Source of the DNA: Eledone cirrhosa
Taxonomy: Eukaryota
DNA length: 64,000 bases
Direction: 5' to 3'
Assembly (NCBI GenBank): GCA_964016885.1
Contig: OZ024753.1
Coordinates: 27,714,001-27,778,000, forward strand
Shown here: positions 53,111-64,000 of the stretch, piece after piece
Layout: each line of letters begins with the position of its first letter
How positions within the stretch are numbered: the first letter of the stretch is position 1
The notes under the pieces: generated by a model
The model's database searches: none
The model's input: the letters and a program-made list of their open reading frames with translations, nothing else
Told to the model about the DNA's origin: nothing
Translations under genes and position numbers: made by a program

Positions 53111-53398
53111 TTGTTGGAGCTGAACTTACCGCATATATACAAAAGGATTTCGTTGAGCGCGAATAGTGGTGCGAACTACGCAACGGCTTTACGTCTAGAT
53201 TTTTTTTCTTGCTAGATATAGGACGGTGAGCTGGAGAGTAAGATATTCTCTCGCTGTGTGATACTTTGGACCAATGGCCTTTGCTATTATAGCCTTAGGT
53301 TGAACAGCACTTTTAATGAAATTTGGTAGACGAAAACAATGTTTAGGTTTATTACTGACATAGCGATAAAATAAGTACTATAAAATATATACTGGACT

Positions 53399-53559
53399 CA
53401 CTGCTGGATTGACCATTGCACTTAGGTGTGCTTAAGCACAGAGCCCTGTTGGCCAGAGGGCCCATTTCCTGCCAAAAAATATTTTTACGATGAATTTTTC
53501 AAATCAGGGCCTCATAACTTAACTAGCACAGGGCCTCATTTGTCCTAAATCCGGCACTG
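53399..53559. mobile_element. hAT-type MITE, family A (opposite orientation)
   Basis: TIR cactgctggatt / aaatccggcactg; degenerate 8-bp TSD actggact / aatggatt. Confidence 0.8.
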
Positions 53560-53917
53560 AATGGATTCAACATGATAGACTCAATCCATTGAAGGCAACG
53601 TCCCAGCATGGTTGCAGTTTGATGTCTGAAACCAGTAAAAGAATAAAAGGATTTTTTTTTAATGTCTATCTGTTGTATCTTTGCGTGTATGTATGTGTGT
53701 GCGTGTGTACGGTGTTGCAAATATATACAAAGTATTCAGTACATCCTTCTATTAGAAGTAGATATAGTCTGTTACTGTATATTATGTTGTAACAAGGTTT
53801 ACCTAGCCACGCCTAAAGTTTTATCTCATACACCTTTCAACTCTGTGTTGAATAAATATAGTATAGCTCACACAAGTGGCTTTTGCACACACTTTTATTT
53901 ATGGTGTGGATATTCTA

Positions 53918-53962
<45 letters not shown>

Positions 53963-54219
53963 GTTACTGCTGCTGCACACACACACACATGCGAACGCAT
54001 ATACACATACATGGATCTCCATATACATATAAAATCCGTAAGTACAATGTACGTGAGAGTAGATACGCGTGTTGTTGATACGTGCCTGTATGTATGTGTA
54101 TTCACTGGCGTACTTGTTTTCCTGCTTTTATAGCTACATGAGCATAAGTATATGCATGTATATATATAATGTAGTATAATATATGATATAGCACATATAT
54201 ATATATATATATATATATA

Positions 54220-55293
54220 TGAGGGTAGGCTGAAAAGTCCATAGGCTGATCAAGATACTGTCATGGAATGAAGTTTATTTGTCAACATAGTCCCCCTTGC
54301 GGGCAATACACTTCTTACAACAGTGTTGCAGTTTTTGGATCCCATTGGTAAAGAAGCTTTCATCCTGTTGGTCAAAAAGTTATCAACAATAGATATGACG
54401 TCATCATGACTGCGACTCTGGTTCCCAGCCAATAATTTGTTTATGTTGGGGAACAGATGATAGTCAGATGGGGTTAAATCAGATCAGAGAAGGTAATCAA
54501 CTAGTTCAAAGCCACAGTCACGCACAGCAGCCATTGAAACCAAGGACTTCGGTCCTAATGAAACAAGACCCCTTCGTCACTTTTCCGGGGCGTTTGGTTT
54601 TGATAGCTTTTTGTAACTGTCTCAACAAGATGGCATAGTACTCTCAGTTGAAGGTCTGTCCCTTTTGAAGATAGTCAATAAATATAATGTATTTTGCATC
54701 CCCAAAACCGAGTGTGTTTCCACTGCATGTATTGTCTCATCCTGGGATAGGAAACGTTTAAGGAAACCAGCTGGATCTGCCTCAAACAATGTCAGATTTA
54801 CCTGTGATGTGATCAGCCTGGTCCGCTTTTGGTCAGGTACCAGAAGACATAGCATCCACCGAGTAGAAACCTTGATTATACCAGGTTAATTGTGCAGAAT
54901 ATTCTCAACTTTCTTACGGGATATGCTAATAGCCTCGGTGGTGATAGTTGCTGGACGGCCAGACCTTAAATCATTTTCAAGATTCTCCCCCTCATAAATT
55001 CAGGTGCCCACTTTTACACTGTTGACGAAGCTGGAACATCATCCCCTAATGTATCAACCATGTCAGCATGAATGTCCTTTAGGGCAAAGCTCCTTTTCTG
55101 CAGGTACTTGATAACACCACGATGCCAAATTTTATCTATTTTCAAGAGATGTCACTACTAGTTACTTTTGATGTCTTCTTTAAACAATCAGATGTCAGTT
55201 TACCTGGAAGGAAACAATACGGTCGAAATTAATACATGCAAGATTGCACAGCCCTAGCATTACTCCGTTCATAGACATTTCAGCCAACCCTCG
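54220..55293 (-). mobile_element. Decayed mariner transposon
   Basis: TA-flanked TIRs tgagggtaggctgaaaagt / atttcagccaaccctcg; relics HRGVIKYLQK, RSGRPAT, FLKRFLSQDET. Confidence 0.88.
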
Positions 55294-55320
55294 TATATAA
55301 ATATATATATACATACACAC

Positions 55321-55785
55321 ATGGTGGCTGCCAACTCGTTTTCGAGTACGGCCACTACTTTATATACATGTAGGAGAACCCCTACTGATGCGCTAAACGA
55401 GTGTGACTTTTTAGTCCAGCCAGCGACTTGAAAACTCTGGTACAAACACTACACTTGTGACAACTATTGACACATAGTGATGGGCCCATGGTACCATGTG
55501 ACGACAAGTGCAGAGAGATCTCCAGATATAAAGCAATGCCTGTGCCGTGAAGCTTTTATAGTGAGCAAAGGCACTGCACAAAGCCAGTCCCACTCTCTTA
55601 ACCAAGATGATATTTACCAAAAAGAAGAACAAGTCAACATCATTGGATACCATCAGGGTTGCAGGTGTTATATCAGAGTTTTCCTTCTCCTAGAATTCTG
55701 CCTTGACAAAGGCTAAGGGGTCATCTCTCCCGGTGATTTTGGATGGCCATTGACTCTTAAGAACTCCTTTGCCCTTTGACAGGTT
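55321..55785 (-). mobile_element. 5'-truncated copy of the same RTE-derived element
   Basis: Near-identical to 61635-62100; intact C2H2 finger CSVCTRVFKSLAGLKSHTRLAH*. Confidence 0.7.
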
Positions 55786-55849
55786 TATACACACATACAT
55801 ACATACATACATACATACATACATACATACATACATACATACATCCCCC

Positions 55850-55896
<47 letters not shown>

Positions 55897-56758
55897 AACG
55901 GAGTTAAAGACTCGCGTTAATCCCCTCAAAGTATTATACATTATATTATATTATATTAATATATGTAAGGATAAATCTAAAATTCACATCCCCTGCAGGA
56001 TGTTCTCAGATTGTCTGTTGCTTACTCGAGTAACCATTTCACTCCATACCGTATACAGTTTCACCCGGGCTGTTTCGCACAAATTGCCATAGTATAATTA
56101 GTATTTTGATGTGAAGGTGTAACTGATAGTCGTACAGCCAACACATAGCACCTTTACTAACACATCTTATTAATTGTGCTTTTATATAGACATAGCTGGA
56201 AACTCTATACATACTCTTAATTATATATGTATGTATCTGTGTGTTTGTGTGTTACACAGACACACATATATATTATATATATGTATATTATATATATGTA
56301 CATTATATATATGTATATTATATATATTATATGTCATATATTTATTATATATATATAATATATATATCATATATATATATTGTATATATATATATAATAT
56401 ATATATTATATATATATTATATATATATATATTATATATATATGTGTGAATGAAGTAATTCCGTCGGAAAAGTCCAGGAAAAAAGAGTGCTCTATGTAGG
56501 TAACAGAGCTTAATTATTATTATGTAATAAACAACATAAGGCAATTATTCCATTTACCAGTGGTTTATATATATAATATATTATATATTATATATTATAT
56601 ATATATTATATATTATATATATATATTATATATATTATATATATTATATATATTATATATATATTATATATATTATATATATATATTATATATATATATT
56701 ATATATATATATTATATATATAATATATATATATATTATTAGATATATTATATATATA

Positions 56759-56819
<61 letters not shown>

Positions 56820-56937
56820 TGGATATATTATATGTATATATAATATATATATATATATCATATATATACACACACATATATATATATATATTATATATAT
56901 TATATATATATTATATATATATATATTATATATATTA

Positions 56938-56980
<43 letters not shown>

Positions 56981-57049
56981 TATATATATATATATATTAA
57001 ATATATATATATTATATATATTATATATAAATTTTATATATATATATAT

Positions 57050-57110
<61 letters not shown>

Positions 57111-57195
57111 ATATATATATATATATTATATAGTAATAATAATAAATTTGAAGACTAAAATCTAAAGAGGGTTCGATAAGGATAAATATATATAT

Positions 57196-57249
<54 letters not shown>

Positions 57250-57262
57250 TATATATATTATA

Positions 57263-57363
<101 letters not shown>

Positions 57364-57549
57364 ATGTAGATAAATATATATATATATTGTTATACTTTGG
57401 GAGGGTCATGTTGCCAATAAGAAACACACGCACCAGTTGCTTTCACTTCAATTTATTATATATTTATAAATTTATAAATTTACAAATTTACAAACTTATA
57501 AATTTCTGGTTGGTTGGTTGGTTCCACAACCAGATAGTTGTTTATATAT

Positions 57550-57594
57550 AGTCATAGTCCTTTCGTCACACACTCTGTGACCTCTTCAGTGACT
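57550..57594 (-). ncRNA. Minimal type I hammerhead, intact core
   Basis: AGTCA CTGAAGA g GTCACA gagtg TGTGAC GAA AGGACT A TGACT. Confidence 0.78.
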
Positions 57595-57645
57595 GGGGAT
57601 TCCTTTCTTTGTTTCTGTGCCTTTCCTTTCTTCTATCCTACGCCA

Positions 57646-57845
57646 NNNNNNNNNNNNNNNNNNNNNNNNNNNNNNNNNNNNNNNNNNNNNNNNNNNNNNN
57701 NNNNNNNNNNNNNNNNNNNNNNNNNNNNNNNNNNNNNNNNNNNNNNNNNNNNNNNNNNNNNNNNNNNNNNNNNNNNNNNNNNNNNNNNNNNNNNNNNNNN
57801 NNNNNNNNNNNNNNNNNNNNNNNNNNNNNNNNNNNNNNNNNNNNN
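57646..57845. other. Assembly gap (200 N)
   Basis: Run of n. Confidence 1.
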
Positions 57846-58317
57846 ATATATTATGCATATTATATATATATATTATATATATATTTTATATATATATATG
57901 TTATATATATATTTTATATATATATTATATATATGTTATATATATATCATATATATATATGTTATATATAAATTTGATATATATATTTTATATATATATT
58001 ATATATATATATGTTTTATATATATTTTATATATATATGTTATATATATATTTTATATATATATTATATATATATATATGTTTTATATATATTTTATATA
58101 TATATGTTATATATATATTTTATATATATATTATATATATATGTTATATATATTTCATATATATTATATATATATGTTATATATATATTTTATATATATA
58201 TTATATATATATATTATATATATATTTTATATATATATTATATATATATGTTATATATATATATTATATATATATATATTATATATATATTATAAGTATA
58301 TTATATATATATATATT

Positions 58318-58426
58318 AATCCCGCCGAGGTTAACTTTGCCTTTCATCCTTACGCGGTCGATAAACTAAAGTACCAGTAATACCCTCGGGTAATTGCTCT
58401 CCTTGTGCCAAAAGTAGAAACAATTA
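58318..58426 (+). mobile_element. SINE family 1, 5'-truncated
   Basis: Body match from aatcccgccgagg onward. Confidence 0.8.
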
Positions 58427-59269
58427 TATATATATCATATATATACATTATATTTGATATATATTTATCCTTATCGAGCCCTCTTTAGATTTTAGTCTTC
58501 AAATTTATTATTATTACTATATTATATATATATATATATTTTATATATATATTATATATATAAACAAACACACATATAATTCTTATTAATTGTGATTGTT
58601 TAATTAAAAGTTTTGCTAAAGTTATTGACTGTTCTATTTAACCAATAATATCGGCGAAACTTCGAAGTAAACATTCCCCATTAATAGCATTATGTTGAGC
58701 GTGTATGATTCCCTAATTTCTTTCCTCTTTAGTGTGTTTACCATATAAACCCGTAAAACACGCATCCATTCCAATCCAGGGCCTTCTGACTTCTCTTGAG
58801 GGAATCTCTCCATCGTTGACCTCTACAGCTTTCTATTAGGTTTTGGTCATGTGAGGAGTATAGCCATACTCACCACCTGTGGACAATTGAGGTTTGGTGA
58901 GGCTATTTAACCCATAGTTTCCAGCAGAAGTAGCGGAGGATAATTGTCTATGTATTTCGAACTCTAGTTCTTATCGGGCCAATGCTTCCCCATGCTTATT
59001 GTTAGAATTTAGACAGGCGAAAATATATAGTTTATCCTCCGCTGCTTCTGCTGGAATCCGCTAGACGGCACTGACCGTCAGACTTCTATTCATAGCTTTG
59101 CTTTCAAAATGTTTATTTATTAAACATAACGTATATACTTAGATACAAGAAATCCACATGTATGTATACAGCTATACCAACGCAAAATTTTAATATATAT
59201 ATATATATATATAGGTGTGTGTGTGTGTGGGGGGGGGGGGGGTGTATGTGTGTATGAAAAGTGATCTTC

Positions 59270-59900
59270 TTAGTGTTGAATCCTTCATATACCTTGGGAG
59301 TACAGTGAATAAAGATGGAGCACTGGATACTGGATTCAGAAATATTTCTAAGGATTCGAAAGACAGCAAAATCTTATAGTAATTTAGAGCCTTGGATTTG
59401 GTCATAAACACATATTAAGAATGAAACAAAAATATCTGTTTATAGATCCTTTGTGTTATCTTCTCTTCTGTACTCTTCTGAAACTTGGACGTGTTACAAA
59501 TATCACTTTAGACTCCTGGAACGATTCCATAAAAAATGCCTACGCCATATTCTGAAAATAAAATGGAATTCATTCACTCCTGACTCTGATGTTCTAGTTG
59601 GATCTGGTATTTGTTCATCCAGGCAATAATTTTGAAAAACAACAGCGTTTGTCTGGACATATTGCCCGCATGGCTGACGAGCGAATCCTAAAGCAACTAT
59701 TTTATTGCAACATGCTCAGGGAAAAGAAAACAGTAAGACAAAGAAAAGGTTCAAGGATGAATTGAAGGAGAACTTGAAGAATGTAGGAATTGACTTCCAG
59801 AATCCTGAAAAGACTCGTAGTGGATCGTTCTACTTGGCATTCAAAAATATGGAATGATGTGAAAACCTTTGAGCAAAACAGGCTAATGCAAGTAGATATT
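59270..59900 (+). mobile_element. Degraded RTE/BovB-like LINE fragment
   Basis: VESFIYLGSTVNKDG, KISVYRSFVLSSLLYSSETWT, LERFHKKCLRHILKIKW, GHIARMADERILKQLFY. Confidence 0.85.
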
Positions 59901-60418
59901 AAGGGGAATATGTTTGTGTAAAGTTAAAAAGAATGCCATATGTTCCGATATTCTATTCTCGGCGAAACGAACTCACTCTACCCGTGTGTTACTCGATTGC
60001 CCCTTGATTTAATTACCTACTAATTTTAATTAAGGTTAAGTGGATATCATATTAACAATCGACATATTTGCTGATCATGAGTTCAAATTTCTTCTGGACT
60101 CCATCTGAATCTTTAGACAGCACGGTAATCTGCATTATCTCAGATTCTTTTATTTCTTTAGTTCCTTTTGAGCCCAATGGAGTATTAGGTGACGAAAGAT
60201 CTCTATTCCTCACCGTTGCGAGCCTTGTAACAGTGCTGCTGTCACACACACACACACAAAGCCATTGAAATTAATAAGAAAATGTTATTGATTCAAAATA
60301 CCATATTCATTTGTATATATTTACAAACAGGAAGAGAAAAAAATATGTGTATGTGTGTGTGGAGCATTCAACCCCCTTTCCTGGGCACAATACATCTTAG
60401 CTGCACCCAATGATCGAT

Positions 60419-60454
60419 TCTTCTCATGAAGGACTAGCGTCCAAAACGTTAAGA
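60419..60454 (+). ncRNA. Minimal hammerhead, degenerate sister of 37548
   Basis: TCTT CTCATGA a GGAC tagc GTCC AAA ACGT T AAGA. Confidence 0.5.
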
Positions 60455-60565
60455 CCCTTTTCCTGCTATTTCCAGGATTAAACTAATATATTCCTTCTTT
60501 GTATTGCGCCGTCTGTTTTGTTGCTTTTGTTATTTCTGTTTACCTTTTACATACACACACACACT

Positions 60566-60607
<42 letters not shown>

Positions 60608-60875
60608 GGGGAGAGAGACATTGACTATATCTGTCCAAGAGATTCCAGTGGGTCCTTAAGAATTCAATGAAATGTACCTAAGCATCTTGTGCCTACAAAC
60701 ATTTAATACAGAACAAGAATGTTCGCTAGAACCTTTCACTGATTATCCGCAACTATATCGACTCAACAAACCAACTACTGTTGATTTTTTATTATTAAAT
60801 GTTTTCCACTGTTCTTGCAAATAACGACAACAACGGTGATGATGATGATAATAATAATAATAATGATTTATACTA

Positions 60876-61267
60876 TGGGCACAAAATCAATAATCTTTTG
60901 GGGGAGGAGAAAGTCGATTAAATTGACCCCAGTTAATTACTAGTACTTTATTTATTGACCCCATAAGGATGAAAGGCAATGCTAACCTGGGCGGGATTTG
61001 AACTCAGAACGTAAAAGGCCGTAACTCTATGCTGCAAAGCATGATGTCTGACGCTCTACCGATACTGCCAATCCACATAATAATAATTGTTTTCTACTTT
61101 TGGGACAAGGCCAGCAATTATACCAGTGCATTACTGGTGCTTTATTTTATCGACCCCGTAAGGATGAAAGGCAAAGTTAACCTCGGCGGGATTTGAAATC
61201 AGAATGGCAAGGGCCTATATAAGTCAAAGCATGTCGTGCGACCCTCTACCGATACTGCCAATCCACA
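60876..61267 (-). mobile_element. Two tandem SINE family 1 copies (60876-61077 and 61083-61267)
   Basis: Each has A box, B box and body; arranged head to tail. Confidence 0.85.
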
Positions 61268-61445
61268 GAGTAAGTAATGAAAGCAGAAACCAATTGTACG
61301 TCATCCAATGAGAAAGCAGCGTATTGTGACTGGTGTGGAGATGATTTCATTGAACTGAGAGGAAAATACAGCAATCACGTGCCTTCTGCTACATTGTGGT
61401 TCTATCATATATACACATCGACACATCATTACATACATATATATG

Positions 61446-61528
<83 letters not shown>

Positions 61529-61605
61529 ATATGCATACATACATACATACACACACACACATACATGCATACATACATACATACATACATACATACATAC
61601 ATACA

Positions 61606-61634
<29 letters not shown>

Positions 61635-61636
<2 letters not shown>

Positions 61637-62242
61637 GGTGGCTGCCAACTCGTTTTCGAGTACGGCCACTACTTTATATCCATGTAGGAGAACCCCTACC
61701 GATGCGCTGAACGAGTGTGACTTTTAGTCCAGCCAGCGACTTGAAAACTCTGGTACAAACACTACACTTGTGACAATTATTGACACATAGTGCTGGGCCC
61801 ATGGTACCATGTGACGACAAAGTGCAGAGAGATCTCCAGATATAAAGCAATGCCTGTGCCGTGAAGCTTTTATAGTGAGCAAAGGCACTGCACAAAGCCA
61901 GTCCCACTCTCTTAACCAAGATGATATTTACCAAAAAGAAGAACAAGTCAACATCATTGGATACCATCAGGGTTGCAGGTGTTATATCAGAGTTTTCCTT
62001 CTCCTAGAATTCTGCCTTGACAACGGCTAAGGGGTCATCTCTCCCAGTGATTTTGGATGGCCATTGACTCTTAAGAGCTCCTTTGCCCTTTGACAGGTTT
62101 TGTTTTTAGTCCTGCAGGATGTCCAAAGTCACCCTCCTCACCAAGAAACCTTAGTGGGGTTGCCAGTTTAGTCGCCAACGACCCGACCATGAGACAGGTT
62201 GTACTGGGATACATGTTACCAGTAGCACCAAGTGGTGACCTG
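61635..62242 (-). mobile_element. Non-autonomous bipartite RTE-derived element (5' UTR-like head joined to C2H2 zinc-finger 3' end), apparently full length
   Basis: Near-identical to 55321-55785. Contains TAGGAGAAGGAAAACTCTGA (recalled as an RTE 5'-region motif) and HKCSVCTRVFKSLAGLK; flanked by (ATAC)n on both sides. Confidence 0.7.
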
Positions 62243-62348
62243 ACATACATACATATATATATATGCATACATACATACACATATATATGCATTCATACAT
62301 ATATATATATATACATATACATATATATATACATATATATATATATAC

Positions 62349-62408
<60 letters not shown>

Positions 62409-62756
62409 ATATATATGCATACATACATATATATATGCATACATACATATATATATATGCATACATACATATATATATATATACATATATATATATACAT
62501 ACATACATATATATATATACATACATATATATATATATACATACATACATATATATATATGCATATATACATATATATATATACATACATACATATATAT
62601 ATATATACATACACACATATCTATATATACATACATACATATATATATATACATACATACATATCTATATATACATACATACATATCTATATATACATAC
62701 ATACATATCTATATATACATACATATATATATATATACATACATACATATCTATAT

Positions 62757-62830
<74 letters not shown>

Positions 62831-62831
62831 G

Positions 62832-62877
<46 letters not shown>

Positions 62878-63080
62878 TACATACACATATATATGCATAC
62901 ATATATATATATGCATACATACTTATATGCATGCATACATACATGCATACATACATACATGCATACATACATAAATATATATATATATACATATATATAT
63001 ATACATATATATATATACATATACAAATATATATACATACAGATATATATACGCATACATACACACGTACATACATACAC
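62243..63080. repeat. (ATAC)n/(TA)n compound microsatellite
   Basis: Direct reading. Confidence 0.95.
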
Positions 63081-63153
63081 ACACATTATCACCCGCCTAT
63101 TACACACTTTATCACCCGCCTATTACACACTTTATCACCCGCCTATTACACAC
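63081..63153. repeat. Short tandem repeat, ~23-bp unit x3
   Basis: ttatcacccgcctattacacac(t) repeated three times. Confidence 0.9.
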
Positions 63154-64000
63154 ATTAACACTTAATATACATCATAACAAAACCAATTTTATTTGTGTGT
63201 ACGATAATACAAACAAAAACAACGTGCGCACACACATACACTCACCCATATGCATGATGGTGGTAGTGCGCATTTTTACACATGCCACCCCACTACCACA
63301 ATACTGTTCTCTCACATCTATTTAATACTCGCTATGCACATGCAGTTATTCAATATAATATATGGTGGTGGTGGCGGGGATAGTAATGGTGATGATGATG
63401 ATGATGATGGGGTTACTATGTCATTGGAGGAGATTTGACTGTTATTTTTAACAAATAGAGTGACTACGCATAGACTCCCTGTTGATAGAAGTTCTGGTGG
63501 TGGTGGTAGTAGTTGTTGTTGTAGATAGAGGTAGTGATCGTGGTGGTTGTGATGCTGATGTTGGTTGTGATGGTGGTCTTAATTTTTATGGTGGTAATGA
63601 TGGTGGTGGTGGTGGTGATGATGATGATAGTATTGATATTGATAGTTTTAGTGATAGCGGTGGTTGTGGTAACGCTGATGTGGATGCTAATGGTTGTAGA
63701 GATAGTGCTGTTTACGTTGATGTCTGTGGCAATAATAGAAAAAAAACATCCCTCTGCTGACAAGACCGCAAAAGCACTTCCGCGGACGACACCCGCTGCA
63801 GCAGCCACCCTCACCTCACGAGGCTCCTTCCTCGGACAGGCTACTGAGGTCTCGACGGCGACCGGACAACCCTCGGTGTTTGTTTGCAGTATCTAATCCG
63901 ATTTAGTATGCTCTAAGTTCAAATAGTATGGCAGATACTATTTGTCTATTTATACTAATAAATAGACAAATGAAAACATTGTTTCCTTGATCGGTCTGAT

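Noticed and set aside
60052-60255. 67-aa ORF on - that could be a terminal exon
   Set aside because: Starts in a (TG)n tract, weak acceptor, no recognisable homology or partner exons.

Overview
AT-rich, microsatellite-dense animal genomic DNA. The SINE families and the (TA)n/(CA)n/(GA)n load suggest a coleoid cephalopod such as Octopus; this is an inference. Two intron-containing genes can be rebuilt by hand from splice sites and reading phase. The first is the 3' half of a copper type II (DBH/MOXD1-like) monooxygenase on + (exons 602-805, 938-997, 3987-4105, 5730-5844, 7639-7716, probable last exon near 8058-8132). The second is a complete, convergent OXNAD1 gene on - (7 coding exons from 20566 to 9104, about 296 aa, probable 5' UTR exon near 26087). 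The rest is transposon debris (RTE and CR1 LINEs, tRNA-derived SINEs, two mariners, a hATm-like remnant, hAT and Tc1 MITEs), a 7-kb GT-rich minisatellite block and a 200-N gap. Most ORF-track entries are microsatellite artefacts. The main unannotated signal is about a dozen type I hammerhead-ribozyme motifs from several families, almost all beside (TA)n tracts and some inside long palindromes, as expected of Penelope-like pLTR or retrozyme remnants. One has an intact core and lies sense in an OXNAD1 intron, just upstream of a LINE RT ORF. Also notable: a 4-copy GC-rich motif with stem covariation and a possible pseudoknot, and a bipartite non-autonomous RTE element sitting in (ATAC)n repeats. 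All structures were read by eye and none has been tested.
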